Assembly: GCA_943787795.1 (NCBI GenBank)
Contig: CALSNU010000004.1
Location: 160,001 to 224,000 of the forward strand
Reading direction: 5' to 3'
Length of the DNA stretch: 64,000 bases
DNA from: an uncultured bacterium
GTDB lineage: Bacteria > Planctomycetota > UBA1135 > GCA-002686595
Both the position numbers and the translations under genes were made by a program. The notes under the pieces are model-generated. The model saw only the letters and a list, made by a program, of their open reading frames with translations, made no database searches and was not told the origin of the DNA. Below, piece after piece: positions 10,011 to 22,900 of the stretch; positions within the stretch are counted from its first letter, which is position 1; the number at the start of each line of letters is the position of its first letter.

Positions 10011-10634
10011 ATGGATAAGGCAACACGGGGCATTCTCCTCGACCCCCTTCACGAGCAGAACCCGATCACCCTCCAGGTGCTCGGAATCTGCTCGGCCCTC
10101 GCGGTCACGACCAAGCTGGAGACGGCCTTCGTGATGAGCGCGGCGCTGACCTTCGTGCTCGTGTGCTCCAACACGACCATCTCGCTGCTGCGGAACAAGA
10201 TCCCCGGCAGCATCCGGATCATCACCCAGCTGGCGATCATCGCCTCCCTGGTGATCGTCGCGGACCAGGTGCTGAAGGCCTTCCTGTTCGACACGTCGAA
10301 GGCCCTCTCGGTCTTCGTCGGGCTGATCATCACCAACTGCATCGTCATGGGCCGCGCCGAGGCGTTCGCCATGGCCAACCCTCCCATGGCCTCCGCTCTG
10401 GACGGCTTCGCCAACTCCATGGGCTACAGCGTGGTGCTGATCTACGTGGCCCTGTTCCGCGAGCTGCTCGGCTCCGGCAAGGTGCTCGGGAGCCCGGTGT
10501 TCGCCAGCGTGAGCGACGGCGGCTGGTACGTCCCCAACGGCCTGATGGTCCTCTCCCCCGGCGCCTTCTTCCTGATCGGACTGCTGATCTGGGTCCAGCG
10601 CTCGATGACCCCCACCCTCCAGGAGGCGGACTGA
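10011..10634 (+). CDS. nqrD: Na+-NQR subunit D
   Basis: [31 protein letters not shown]. Confidence 0.95.
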   Translation: MDKATRGILLDPLHEQNPITLQVLGICSALAVTTKLETAFVMSAALTFVLVCSNTTISLLRNKIPGSIRIITQLAIIASLVIVADQVLKAFLFDTSKALSVFVGLIITNCIVMGRAEAFAMANPPMASALDGFANSMGYSVVLIYVALFRELLGSGKVLGSPVFASVSDGGWYVPNGLMVLSPGAFFLIGLLIWVQRSMTPTLQEAD

Positions 10635-10638
10635 CGCC

Positions 10639-11256
10639 ATGGACCTCATCAACCTCGCACTGAAGGCGATCTTCGTCGAGAACATCGCCCTGGCCTTCTT
10701 CCTGGGCATGTGCTCCTTCCTGGCGGTGTCCAAGAAGGTCGACACCGCCATGGGCCTCGGCCTCGCGGTCGTCTTCGTGCTCACGGTGGTCACGCCCCTC
10801 AACGCGCTGATCAACAATTACATCCTCAAGGACGGCGCCCTCGCCTGGGCCCTCGGCGAGGAGAAGGCGGCCGGCTACGACCTGAGCTTCCTCGCGTTCA
10901 TCACCTTCATCGCGACCATCGCGGCGGCGGTGCAGATCGTGGAGATGTCCATCGACAAGTTCGCTCCGGCGCTCTACTCGGCCCTGGGCGTCTTCCTGCC
11001 GCTGATCGCGGTGAACTGCGCCATCCTCGGCTCGTCCCTCTTCATGGTCGAGCGCGAGTACACGGTGCTTCAGTCCACGGTGTTCGGCTTTGGCAGCGGC
11101 GTCGGCTTCTGGCTCGCCATCGTCGCCCTCGCGGCCATCCGCGAGCGCCTCAAGTACTCCAACGTGCCCCCCGGCCTGCGCGGCCTCGGCATCACCTTCA
11201 TGATCACGGGCCTGATGGCCATGGGCTTCATGATCTTCGGCGGCATCCAGCTCTAG
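10639..11256 (+). CDS. nqrE: Na+-NQR subunit E
   Basis: [36 protein letters not shown]. Confidence 0.95.
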   Translation: MDLINLALKAIFVENIALAFFLGMCSFLAVSKKVDTAMGLGLAVVFVLTVVTPLNALINNYILKDGALAWALGEEKAAGYDLSFLAFITFIATIAAAVQIVEMSIDKFAPALYSALGVFLPLIAVNCAILGSSLFMVEREYTVLQSTVFGFGSGVGFWLAIVALAAIRERLKYSNVPPGLRGLGITFMITGLMAMGFMIFGGIQL

Positions 11257-11330
11257 GCCCTGCGGCGGGCCGTCGCCTGCGCATATACGCACACTCGAAA
11301 CCGTCAACAGACCGGTTCAGACTTCTATCC

Positions 11331-12560
11331 ATGGACACCTTCATCTTCGGTGTGGCCGCGTTCTCGCTGGTCGGACTCTTCATCGTCGGCGTGCTGCTGA
11401 TCGCCCGCTCGCAGCTCGTGAGCAGCGGCTCGGTGCGGATCATCGTCAACGGCGATGAGAGCCAGGCCATCGAGACCAAGGCAGGAGGCACCCTCCTCGC
11501 CACCCTCGCGGACCAGAAACTCTTCATCCCCTCGGCGTGCGGCGGCGGCGGGACCTGCGCCCAGTGCCTCGTCAACATCGACGAGGGCGGCGGGGAGCTC
11601 CTCCCCACCGAGGAGGGGCACATCTCCCGCGGCATGGCCAAAGAAGGCTGCCGCCTCTCCTGTCAGGTCAAGGTGAAGAACGACATGCGCATCCGCGTGC
11701 CGGACTCCGTCTTCTCCGTGCAGAAGTGGGACTGCGAGGTCGTCTCGAACGAGAACGTCGCCACGTTCATCAAGGAGTTCAAGGTCCGCCTCCCCGAGGG
11801 CAAGAAGATCGACTTCACGTCGGGTGACTACATCCAGATCGAGATCCCGCCCCACGACGTCAGCTACAAGAACTTCGAGGTCGAGACCGAGTACCGGGAG
11901 GACTGGGACAAGTTCGACCTGTGGCGCTTCCAGTCCAAGACCGACGACACCGTCGAGCGCGCCTACTCCATGGCCAACTACCCGGCCGAGGGCGACGACA
12001 TCGTCATGCTCAACGTCCGGATCGCCTCGCCCCCCCCGCGCCTCCCCGACGTGCCCCCGGGCAAGGGCAGCTCGTACATCTTCGACCAGAAGCCTGGCGA
12101 CAAGGTGACGATCTCCGGCCCCTTCGGTGAGTTCCACATCAAGCCCACCGAGCGCGAGATGATCTTCATCGGCGGCGGCGCTGGCATGGCCCCCCTGCGG
12201 AGCCACATCATGCGCATGCTCGAGACGGAGAAGACCGGGCGCAAGATGTCGTACTGGTACGGCGCCCGCTCCCTGCGCGAGATGTTCTACGTGGAGGACT
12301 TCGACCGCCTCCAGTCGGAGAACGACAACTTCAAGTGGCACGTCGCCCTGAGCGAGCCGCTGCCCGAGGACAACTGGGAGGGCCACACGGGCTTCATCCA
12401 CCAGGTCGTCCTCGAGAACTACCTCAAGGACCACCCCGCCCCCGAGGAGTGTGAGTACTACCTCTGCGGCCCGCCGATGATGAACCAGGCCGTGCTCCAG
12501 ATGCTGGATGACATGGGCGTCGACCCCGAGATGATCGACCTCGACGACTTCGGCGGCTGA
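11331..12560 (+). CDS. nqrF: Na+-NQR subunit F
   Basis: 2Fe-2S motif [12 protein letters not shown]...[33 protein letters not shown] end. ATG at 11331 in ORF 10710..12560. Confidence 0.95.
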   Translation: MDTFIFGVAAFSLVGLFIVGVLLIARSQLVSSGSVRIIVNGDESQAIETKAGGTLLATLADQKLFIPSACGGGGTCAQCLVNIDEGGGELLPTEEGHISRGMAKEGCRLSCQVKVKNDMRIRVPDSVFSVQKWDCEVVSNENVATFIKEFKVRLPEGKKIDFTSGDYIQIEIPPHDVSYKNFEVETEYREDWDKFDLWRFQSKTDDTVERAYSMANYPAEGDDIVMLNVRIASPPPRLPDVPPGKGSSYIFDQKPGDKVTISGPFGEFHIKPTEREMIFIGGGAGMAPLRSHIMRMLETEKTGRKMSYWYGARSLREMFYVEDFDRLQSENDNFKWHVALSEPLPEDNWEGHTGFIHQVVLENYLKDHPAPEECEYYLCGPPMMNQAVLQMLDDMGVDPEMIDLDDFGG

Positions 12561-12578
12561 GCCGCCAGGGCTAACCTG

Positions 12579-12614
12579 AGGAGCGGCGCGGCGAACGATC
12601 GCCGCGCCGCTCCT
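12579..12614 (+). terminator. Perfect 16-bp stem-loop between nqrF and apbE (terminator, attenuator or mRNA stabiliser)
   Basis: AGGAGCGGCGCGGCGA-ACGA-TCGCCGCGCCGCTCCT. Only a weak T tract follows (GTCATTT). Confidence 0.6.
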
Positions 12615-12623
12615 GTCATTTCC

Positions 12624-13784
12624 ATGCGCACCCTCTGCCTCCTCCTCGCCCTCGCAGGGCTCTCTATCGCGGCCTCCCTGGCCTCCTGTGGCCCTGGCGG
12701 CGTGCAGGTCCCCACCGCCGTCCGGATCGGCGGGCAGTGCATGGGCACCAGCTGGTCCGCCGTGGTGACCCTGCAGCCCGGCGAGCGCGCCGAGCGGGTG
12801 GGCGCCCTTGTTCAGGACCGTCTGGACGAGGTCGACCGCGCGCTGAGCACCTGGAAGGAAGACAGCGACCTCTCACGGCTCAACCGCGCCGCGCCCGACG
12901 TCCGGGAAGGGGCGGCCGCAGACACCCTGGAGGTCCTCCGCCTCGGCCGCGAGCTGTGGGAGGCGACCGGGGGAGCCTTCGACCCCTCGGTGGGACCGCT
13001 CACCCGCCTCTGGGGGTTCGGCTCCTACGAGGTCGAGCAGACCGCCCCCACGCCAGAGAAGGTCGCGACAGCGCTGGAGCAGGTCGGCCTCGACGACCTC
13101 CTCATGGGCCAGCCTGGGATCGTGGTACAGGGAAAGGAGGAGTCCGAGATCACCGCGGGCTGGATCGCCCGCTCCCGCGACGACCTCGAGATCGACGCCT
13201 CGGCCGTGGCCAAGGGCTACGGCGTGGACGTCGCCGCCGCCGCTCTCCTGGCGTCAGGCCACGACGAGTTCATGATCGAGGTGGGCGGCGAGCTGGTGCT
13301 CAGCGGCCGCAACCCCGAGGGCATCCCCTGGCGCATCGGCGTGGATGACCCGCTCCCGCCCGCCGGCAGCGACCCGCTCTCCCCCATGGCGCTGGCACCC
13401 CGGCCCCCCATCGCGCGCCTCTCCTTGACCCGCGGCGGCGTGGCCACCAGCGGGGACTACCGCAACGTGCGCCGCGTGGGCAGCCGGCTCGTGAGCCACG
13501 TGATCGACCCCCGCACCGGATACCCCATCGACCACGACCTCGCCTCCGCGACGGTCATCGCCCCCACCTGCGCCGAGGCCGACGGCCTCGCGACGGCGAC
13601 AATGGTGCTCGGGCCCATCGAGGGCCTCGAGCTGCTCGAGGCGCTGGAGGGCGTGGAGGGCTACCTGCTGGTCCGCACCCAGGACGCCGAGGCGCCGATC
13701 GAGGCCATCATGACCTCGGGGATGGCGGCGGTGCTCATGGACGGACCAGGAGACCGTCGCGTGCCCCGCCAGCGCGGGCGCTGA
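12624..13784 (+). CDS. apbE: FAD:protein FMN transferase ApbE (lipoprotein)
   Basis: Lipobox LASC, MGTSW, AFDPSVGPL, AVAKGYGVD, VATSGDYR, SHVIDPRTG. Adjacent to nqr. Confidence 0.93.
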   Translation: MRTLCLLLALAGLSIAASLASCGPGGVQVPTAVRIGGQCMGTSWSAVVTLQPGERAERVGALVQDRLDEVDRALSTWKEDSDLSRLNRAAPDVREGAAADTLEVLRLGRELWEATGGAFDPSVGPLTRLWGFGSYEVEQTAPTPEKVATALEQVGLDDLLMGQPGIVVQGKEESEITAGWIARSRDDLEIDASAVAKGYGVDVAAAALLASGHDEFMIEVGGELVLSGRNPEGIPWRIGVDDPLPPAGSDPLSPMALAPRPPIARLSLTRGGVATSGDYRNVRRVGSRLVSHVIDPRTGYPIDHDLASATVIAPTCAEADGLATATMVLGPIEGLELLEALEGVEGYLLVRTQDAEAPIEAIMTSGMAAVLMDGPGDRRVPRQRGR

Positions 13785-13845
13785 GACGCGCCCGCCCCGA
13801 CAGATCAGACAGCTGGATCCGACTGCTGGATCCAACCGCTGGCCG

Positions 13846-14088
13846 CTACTGCTGGGAGCGACTGCGGGCGGCATCCCGCTCGCTCTTGCGGCGCGCCAGC
13901 GCGAGGAGCTCCTTGCGGGCGTCACATACCGGCGCGTTCTGCATCTCGCAAAGGCAGTCCGCGATGGACTCCCCGTCCGGCCCGACGCCGCCGCAAGAGC
14001 CCGAGAGGGCCCGCCCCCGGAGCAGACCGACAGCCATGCCGCCCACGGCGAGGGCGAAGAAGGCGAAGACGATGATGAACTCCTGCAT
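13846..14088 (-). CDS. nqrM: Na+-NQR maturation protein NqrM (DUF539)
   Basis: N-terminal TM helix, then LSGSCGG and a Cys-rich tail. Next to apbE/nqr. Confidence 0.75.
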   Translation of the reverse strand: MQEFIIVFAFFALAVGGMAVGLLRGRALSGSCGGVGPDGESIADCLCEMQNAPVCDARKELLALARRKSERDAARSRSQQ

Positions 14089-14416
14089 GGCTACCGCGGA
14101 AATCTAGGACATCTAGGCCCCGACGGGGCCCCGGGCCTCGACCAAATCCCCCGCAGGCCCCACGGGGGACGCCTCCCCCGGAGTTCCGGCTGCCGAGGAG
14201 GAAACCCCGGCCACCTCCCCGGGCACCTCCCCTGCCACCTCCCCGGGCAGAACGTTGGGCCCACCCCGGAGCGGGTCCGGGCCGGCAGCCTCGGCCGGGC
14301 TCGAATGCCCCCGAAACGTCACGAATCCTTCGCGCTCGAGGGCGGCAGGCGGGCCCATTGCGACTAACCTCTCTGCCTCGAACGCGAGCCTTCCTCCCCG
14401 GCCCCACCTGAAGACC

Positions 14417-16645
14417 ATGTCCTCCGCCACGATCACCTGGACCAAGATCGACGAAGCCCCGGCCCTGGCCACCCACGCCCTCCTGCCCATCGTCCGCGCC
14501 TTCATGAAGGGCTCGGGCGTCGAGATCGAGACGGCGGACATCTCCCTGGCGGGGCGGATCCTGGCGAACTTCCCGGAGGGGCTGACCGAGGACCAGCGCA
14601 TCCCCGACGAGCTGGCGCGGCTGGGGGACCTCGCGAAGACCTCCGCGGCGAACATCGTCAAGCTCCCCAACATCAGCGCCTCGATCCCGCAGCTGCAGGA
14701 CGCCATCGCCGAGCTGCAGGCCCAGGGCTTCGACGTCCCTGACTACCCCGAGGAGCCCAAGACCGACGAGGAGTGGGACCTCCAGCGCCGCTTCGGCGCC
14801 GTGCTGGGCTCCGCGGTCAACCCCGTCCTGCGCGAAGGCAACTCCGACCGCCGCGCAGCGAAGTCCGTGAAGGCCTTCGCGCAGAAGCACCCCCACCGGA
14901 TGATGAAGCCCTGGCCCGAGTCCGGGTCCAAGGCGAGGGTCGCCCACATGCAAGGCGACGACTTCTTCGGCAGCGAACGGTCGATGACCCTCTCCGCCCC
15001 CACCACGGCGAGCATCGAGTTCGTCCCCGCCGGCGGTGAGGCCGAGGTCCTGAAGGGCGGCATCGAGCTCCTCGCGGGCGAGGTGATCGACACCTCCCGC
15101 ATGAAGGCCGCCGCGCTGCGCGCCTACTTCGCGGAGGAGATCGCGCGCGCCAAGGAGGAGGGGGTGCTCTTCTCTCTGCACCTCAAGGCGACGATGATGA
15201 AGGTCTCGGACCCGGCCATGTTCGGGCACTGCGTCTCCGTCTTCTTTGGCGCGGCCCTCGACAAGCACGCCGACGCCCTCGCCTCCATCGGCGTCAACCT
15301 GAACAACGGCCTCCAGGACGTCCTCGACAAGCTCGAGCGGCTCCCCGAGGACCAGCGCGCCGAGATCGAGCGGGACATCGAGGCCTGCTACGAGAGCGGG
15401 CCGGACCTGGCGATGGTGGACTCCCGCAAGGGGATCACCAACCTGCACGTCCCCAACAACGTCATCATCGACGCCTCCATGCCCGTGGTGATCCGCGACG
15501 GCGGCAAGATGTGGAACCGCGCCGACGAACTCCAGGACACAGTGTCGCTGATCCCGGACCGCAGCTACGCCACCCTGTACCAGGCGGTGATCGAGGACTG
15601 CCAGGCCCACGGCCAGTTCGACCCCGCGACCATGGGGGGCGTCTCCAACGTCGGACTCATGGCCAAGAAGGCCGAGGAGTACGGGTCCCACGACAAGACC
15701 TTCTTCGCCGCGGGGACCGGCACCATCCGCGTCGTCGACGCCGAGGGCGCGGTCCTGCTGGAGCAGTCAGTAGAGCAGGACGACATCTTCCGGATGTGCC
15801 AGACCAAGGACGTCTCCATCCGTGACTGGGTGAAGCTCGGCGTCACGCGCGCCAAGGCCTCGGGGGCCCCCGCCATCTTCTGGCTGGACCCGGCCCGCGG
15901 CCACGACGCCGAACTCCTCAAGAAGGTCGAGGTGTACCTGAAGGACCACGACACCGAGGGGCTCGACCTCCGGATGCTCAGGCCCGTGGACGCCATGCGC
16001 GCCTCGCTCGAGCGCGTGCGCCGCGGCGAGGACACCATCTCGGTGACGGGCAACGTCCTGCGCGACTACCTCACGGACCTCTTCCCCATCCTCGAGCTCG
16101 GCACCAGCGCCCGCATGCTCTCGATCGTCCCGCTGCTCGAGGGCGGCGGCCTCTTCGAGACGGGGGCCGGCGGCTCGGCGCCCAAGCACGTGGCTCAGTT
16201 CCTCGGGGAGGGCCACCTGCGCTGGGACTCCCTCGGCGAGTACTGCGCCCTGGTCCCCTCCATCGAGAAGGCCGCCGAGTCCAGCGGCTCCGCCAAGGCC
16301 GCGACCCTCGCCGCCACCCTCGACGGGGCTGTGGGCGCCTACCTCGAGCACTCCCGCTACCCCTCGCGGAAGGTCAACGAGATCGACAACCGCGGCTCGA
16401 GCTTCTACCTCGCCCTCTACTGGGCCGAGGCCCTCGCGGCCCAGAGCGACGACGCCGAGCTCAAGGCGCGCTTCACGCCCATCGCAGCCGCCCTCGCCGG
16501 GGCCGAGGCGACCATCAGCGCCGAGCTCCTCGCGGCGCAGGGTGCGCCCGTCGACATTGGCGGCTACTTCCACCCCGACGACGAGGCCTGTGGGCGCGCC
16601 ATGCGTCCGAGCACGACGCTGAACGAGATCATCGAGAGCATCTGA
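14417..16645 (+). CDS. icd: Monomeric NADP-dependent isocitrate dehydrogenase
   Basis: [53 protein letters not shown] at 14417. Confidence 0.95.
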   Translation: MSSATITWTKIDEAPALATHALLPIVRAFMKGSGVEIETADISLAGRILANFPEGLTEDQRIPDELARLGDLAKTSAANIVKLPNISASIPQLQDAIAELQAQGFDVPDYPEEPKTDEEWDLQRRFGAVLGSAVNPVLREGNSDRRAAKSVKAFAQKHPHRMMKPWPESGSKARVAHMQGDDFFGSERSMTLSAPTTASIEFVPAGGEAEVLKGGIELLAGEVIDTSRMKAAALRAYFAEEIARAKEEGVLFSLHLKATMMKVSDPAMFGHCVSVFFGAALDKHADALASIGVNLNNGLQDVLDKLERLPEDQRAEIERDIEACYESGPDLAMVDSRKGITNLHVPNNVIIDASMPVVIRDGGKMWNRADELQDTVSLIPDRSYATLYQAVIEDCQAHGQFDPATMGGVSNVGLMAKKAEEYGSHDKTFFAAGTGTIRVVDAEGAVLLEQSVEQDDIFRMCQTKDVSIRDWVKLGVTRAKASGAPAIFWLDPARGHDAELLKKVEVYLKDHDTEGLDLRMLRPVDAMRASLERVRRGEDTISVTGNVLRDYLTDLFPILELGTSARMLSIVPLLEGGGLFETGAGGSAPKHVAQFLGEGHLRWDSLGEYCALVPSIEKAAESSGSAKAATLAATLDGAVGAYLEHSRYPSRKVNEIDNRGSSFYLALYWAEALAAQSDDAELKARFTPIAAALAGAEATISAELLAAQGAPVDIGGYFHPDDEACGRAMRPSTTLNEIIESI

Positions 16646-16706
16646 TCTACGAGGCCGCGTGAGGTACGGGGTGGCGCTCTGACCAGGACCACGGTTCTAT
16701 GGCGCC

Positions 16707-17544
16707 ATGCGCGCTGCCCACCCGACCGCTCCCACGAGGAGCGTCCCCTTGAGCCCCTTGCGGGTCTTCTGCCCGGCCCTCTGCGGGGCCCTCCTCCTGG
16801 TCGCCTTCGTCCAGCTCACCGCCTGCGCGGTGCAACCTCCCGCGGATGGACTCCCCGCGGGCGAGCCCGAGCCATCCGCGGCAAGGGGCGCGCTCCAGAC
16901 GCCGTATCGCGTCCTGATCCTCGGAGACTCGATCTCCATCGGCTACACGCCGTTCGTGAGGGAGCAGCTCGCGGGGATCGCCGAGGTGGTACGCCCCGCG
17001 CGCGTCCGGGCCCAGGGCAAGGGCCCGCGCCCGGAGAACTGCGAGGGGACGAACAAGGGGGTGGGCTCCATCGACCGCTGGCTCGCGCTGGAGGGCGGTC
17101 CGTTCGATGTGATCCACTTCAACTTCGGGCTGCACGACATGAAGCGCGTCAACGCGGAGACAGGCCGGAACTCCAATGATCCGAAGGATCCGCACCAGGC
17201 CTCGCCGGCGCGGTACGAGGCGCAGCTCCGAGAGATCACCCGCGAGCTGAAGGCCTCGGGCGCTCGGCTCGTCTTCGCGACCACCACCCCCGGTCCCCGA
17301 GGGCGACCTGCGCCCCTACCGGGAGCCCGCCGATGCGGTGGAGTACAACCAGATCGCCCTGGAGGTCATGCGGGCAGAGGGCATCCAGGTGAACGATCTC
17401 TTCCGGTTCATCTCGGAGGCCGACCCCGCCCTGCAGAGGCCCGCCGACGTGCACTTCACGCGGGAGGGCTCACGCGCGCTCGGCAGCGCAGCCGCCACGG
17501 CCATCCTCGACGCCGCTGGAGCAGACTCGCCAGGCCCCCGGTAG
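16707..17544 (+). pseudogene. SGNH/GDSL hydrolase lipoprotein with an apparent +1 frameshift
   Basis: ILGDSISIGY and IHFNFGLHD in the first frame; YNQIA..VNDL..DVHF in the second. Removing one C from the C5 run at 17287-17291 gives a continuous ATTTPVPEGDLRPY. May be a sequencing error. Confidence 0.7.
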
Positions 17545-17546
17545 GA

Positions 17547-17648
17547 CCCTTGCGCCCAGTGGTGCCTTGCGCCCAGTGGTCCCTTGCACCCAGTGGTCCC
17601 TTTCACCCAGTGGGACCACGCACCCCGCGGGCCCTTGGGCGCGCTAGT
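17547..17648. repeat. 17-bp tandem repeat (CCCTTGCRCCCAGTGGT), 4 good and 2 degenerate copies
   Basis: Directly visible just after the SGNH stop. No spacers. Confidence 0.85.
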
Positions 17649-17859
17649 CCCGGCGCCCGCGAAGGCTCAACCCGACCAGGAGAGGGCTGCCCCCCCCCGG
17701 AGGATCCAGCAAAGAGGCGGAGGCCCCCCCTGGACCGCGCTCCACTCGGCGCCGACCGGGGAGCCCCCCCGATGCGGGCGCGCCAGCAGTCACCAAGGGC
17801 AGGAAGGCGCGGCAGTTCGGGGGAGCGTCGAGGCAGATGCAGGTCCCTCGGGTGAGGAG

Positions 17860-18252
17860 AATCCGGGGAGCGCAGGAGTTAGCAACACCCCCTGCACTCC
17901 CCATTCATTCTGACTCTCTCTCCACGGCGGACCGCCGTTGCACGGCGGGCCTCCGCTTCAAGTCTCTCTCTATCTCTCAATCTCTCACGCCTGCAGAAGC
18001 AAGCTCGCCCGGATCCGTGATCGGATCCGCCGGGTGAGGGAGGCCTCGGGTTCTGGATTCCCCATCGAACCCGTCACCTTTCCACCCCCCTCGCCCTGCG
18101 AACCAGGATCGAGGATCTCGCGCGGCGCGAGCACCAGGTCCGCAGCCCGAGCCGTCCACCGAGTGGACCGCGCAGGCGACACCCTGACCCTGAGCAGCTC
18201 AGCGCGACTCACGAGGCAGAGGCCGTGAAGGTGGGATTGGTGACTCGTCACG
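17860..18252 (-). ncRNA. Candidate sigma54-dependent small transcript (sRNA, or leaderless 88-codon ORF 17985..18251 with structured 3' region)
   Basis: Lies downstream of a -24/-12 promoter. Multiple hairpins, GA-rich tracts, and a terminal 14-bp stem (17865-17902) whose two non-Watson-Crick pairs are G-U only on the minus strand. Confidence 0.45.
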
Positions 18253-18262
18253 CTCCACTGGA

Positions 18263-18278
18263 AGCAAACGGCGTGCCG
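18263..18278 (-). promoter_or_regulatory. Sigma54 (-24/-12) promoter
   Basis: Minus strand reads CGGCACGCCGTTTGCT versus consensus TGGCACG-N4-TTGCW, with exact GG-N10-GC spacing. Divergent from a sigma54 activator gene. Confidence 0.75.
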
Positions 18279-18317
18279 CCCGACAGATACAACCTAAACC
18301 ACTACCAGTAAGCGACA

Positions 18318-18330
18318 TAGCAACCCTTTA
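18318..18330 (+). promoter_or_regulatory. IHF-like site in an AT-rich spacer
   Basis: TAGCAACCCTTTA matches WATCAANNNNTTR with one mismatch. Located between the UAS and the -24/-12 element. Confidence 0.4.
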
Positions 18331-18343
18331 ATGAACCCCTGAT

Positions 18344-18389
18344 GCTACATAAGCGTAGGCTTGCCCGCCTGGGCCTACATCGACGTAGG
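18344..18389. promoter_or_regulatory. Two palindromic upstream activator sequences (CTAC-N6-GTAG)
   Basis: GCTACATAAGCGTAGG (18344-18359) and CCTACATCGACGTAGG (18374-18389), offset by 30 bp, about 100 and 130 bp from the predicted +1. Confidence 0.65.
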
Positions 18390-18427
18390 ATGCGTTCTCC
18401 GCGAGCTCCTCCAGCCCCCTGCCCACC

Positions 18428-19951
<1,524 letters not shown>

Positions 19952-19995
19952 CCACAATCCGCCCCAGGCGTTACCCCAGGCGATACCCTGGGTGA

Positions 19996-22900
19996 ATGCC
20001 CTTCGTGACCTCGCTCCTCGCCGCGCTGACACTCTCCGTGGCTGCGCCGAGCGATGAGCCCGTCAGCTTCAGCCGGCAGGTCCGCCCGCTGCTCGCCGAC
20101 CGCTGCTTCCCATGTCACGGTCCGGACGCCGGGACGCGCGAGGCCGACCTGCGACTGGATCGGCGCCCATCGGCCATCGCCGACCGCGACGGATTCAGGA
20201 CCATCGACACGGCCGCGCCGGAGGACAGCGAGCTGCTGCTCCGCGTTCGAGATGACCTGGACCCGATGCCCCCCGGCCCGGAGCACGCGCCGCTCGCCGA
20301 GGCCGAGATCATGCTCCTCGAGCGGTGGATCAGGGAGGGGGCGACCTACGACGAGCACTGGGCGTATCAGCCGCGAGGCCTGGCCGAGCCCCCCGCCCTT
20401 GACGAGACCTCGCCCCAGGCCGACTGGATCCAGGGCGACATCGACCGGTGGATCCTGCACGGCCTTGACGGGGCCGGGCTGGCGCCCGCCCCTCGCGCGG
20501 AGGCCCGCAGCCTCGTCCGCAGGGTCTCCTTTGACCTGCTCGGGCTCCCCCCCACCCAGGCCCAGGTGGAGGCCTTCGCCCGCAAGCCCGACCAGGACGC
20601 CTTCGAGGCGCTGGTAGATGAGCTGCTCGCCTCGCCCCACCACGCCGAGCGCCTGACGACCTTCTGGTTCGACCTGGTTCGCTTCGCGGACACCACTGGC
20701 ATCCACGCGGACAACCGCTGGAACATCACGCCTTACCGGGACTGGGTCATCGAGGCCTTCGCGTCGAACATGCCCTTCGACCAGTTCACGGTGGAGCAGA
20801 TCGCGGGCGACCTGCTCCCGGACGCGAGCCGCTCCCAGCGAGTCGCCGCCGCCTACAACCGACTGAACCTCATCACCCGCGAGGGGGGCTCCCAGCCCAA
20901 GGAGTTCCTCGCCCGCTACACCGCCGATCGCGTTCGCAACGTCACCGAGGTCTGGCTCGCCTCCACCGTCGGCTGCGCGGAGTGTCACGACCACAAGTTC
21001 GACCCCTTCTCCGCGAAGGAGTTCTACGAGCTGGGCGCCTTCTTCGCTGACATCGAGCAGGTCGGCGTCTACCTCTCCGGCAACAACACCTTCCCCCCCG
21101 AGCTGGAGGTTCCCTCGGCGGACCAGGAGCGACGGATGGGCGAGCTCACCTCCGCCCTCGCCGCCGTCGAGGCCGCCCTCGCCGCGCAGACCCCGGAGCT
21201 CGCCGCGGACCGGGCGGCGTTCATCGACGAGCTGGCCGAGAGCACCTGGGTCACCCCGGCGGAGCTCGAGGTGCGCTCGGCGGCTGGCCGGACCTTCGAG
21301 GGTGACGCGGCGGGTGCGTGGCGCTCTCGCCCGGACGGAGACGACAAGGACACCTTCACCGCGCGGTTCCCGACGCCCGCCGCGCCGGTCCGCTCCATCC
21401 GGCTCGAGCTCCTCGCGGACGACGCGCTCCCGAACCAGGGCCCGGGGCTCGCCTCCAACGGCAACCTCGTGCTCACCGAGTTGACGGTGCGAGTCGACGG
21501 GGAGGCTGTCCCCATCGCGGCGGCCCGCGCCTCCTTCGAACAGCCCGGCTACCCGGTGGCCAAGGCCCATGACGGGGAACTGGGACGCGGCGGGTGGGCC
21601 GTGATGCGCGCCCAGGGCGGGGCCCCGGCGGAGGCCATCTTCGACCTCGCCCGGCCCCTGGGCGGCCCCGGAGCCGGCGTGGTCGAGGTGGAGCTGGCCC
21701 AGGTCCATGGCGGCCGGCACCTGCTGGGCCGCTGGCGCCTGTCGGTGGGGACGGAGGTGGACAGCCCCGCGCTCGCGCCGCGCCTCCGGACGCTCCTCGC
21801 CCTCGCCGAGGGGGACCGCCCAGAGGGGACGGCGGAGGAGACCGAAGCGGAGCTGGACCACCTTCACCGCGCGCACTGCGCGCTCCTGGCCGACGACCGG
21901 GAAGAGAAGGCACGCCTCGAGGGCGAGATCATGGCCCTCCAGGGTCAGATCCCCCTCGTCATGGAGACCCGCGCCGTCGACCCCATGGTCACCCGGGTGC
22001 TGGCCCGCGGCGACTGGATGGACGAGACCGGCGAGGTCGTGCAGCCCGGTGTCCCGGCCGCCCTCGGCGTGATTGCGGTCGAGGGCCGACGCCCCACCCG
22101 CCTCGATCTCGCGAGATGGTTGGTGAACGGAGAGAACCCCCTCGTCGCCCGAGTGCTCGTGAACCGTGTCTGGCGGCTCTTCATGGGCCGCGGGATCGTG
22201 GAGACCCTGGATGACTTCGGGGTCCAGGGCACCTCCCCCACCCACCCCGAGCTCCTCGACCACCTGGCCACGCGGCTGGTGGACTCCGGGTGGGACCTGC
22301 GCGCCCTGATCCGGGACATCGTCACCTCCAGCGCCTACCAGCAGACGTCCGCGGTCCCGGACCCGTCGGTGGCCCGCGAGGAGCAGTTCGGATTGCAGCT
22401 CCGGCACCGGCTCGACGCGGAATTCATCCGTGACGGAGCGCTCGCGGCCAGCGGGCTCCTGCAGCGCGACGTCGGCGGGCCGAGCGTCCGCCCCTACCAG
22501 CCCGTCGGCTACTGGTCGCACCTCAACTTCCCCCGCCGGACGTATCGCCCCTCGGAAGGCAACGCCCTCCACCGGCGCGCGCTCTACGGACACTGGCAGC
22601 GCCAGTTCGTTCACCCGAGCCTCGCGGCCTTCGACGCTCCGAGCCGCGAGCGCTGTACCTCCGAGCGGCCGCGCTCCAACACGCCCCTCGCGGCCCTCGC
22701 GCTGCTGAACGACCCCATCTTCGTGGAGGCCGCCCGCGCCCTCGCCCAGGAGGCCCTCACCGACCCGGCCGAGGAGGACGCCGAGCGACTGACGGCGCTA
22801 TGGGAGCGGGTCCTCCAGCGGGCGCCCGAGGCCTCCGAGTGGGAGGTCCTCCTCGAGCTGCTCGCCGGCCAGCGGGCCACCTTCGCGGAGAACCCCGAGG

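Noticed and set aside
10710..11330. N-terminal extension of NqrF (616-aa ORF)
   Set aside because: It overlaps nqrE out of frame. The real NqrF starts at ATG 11331.
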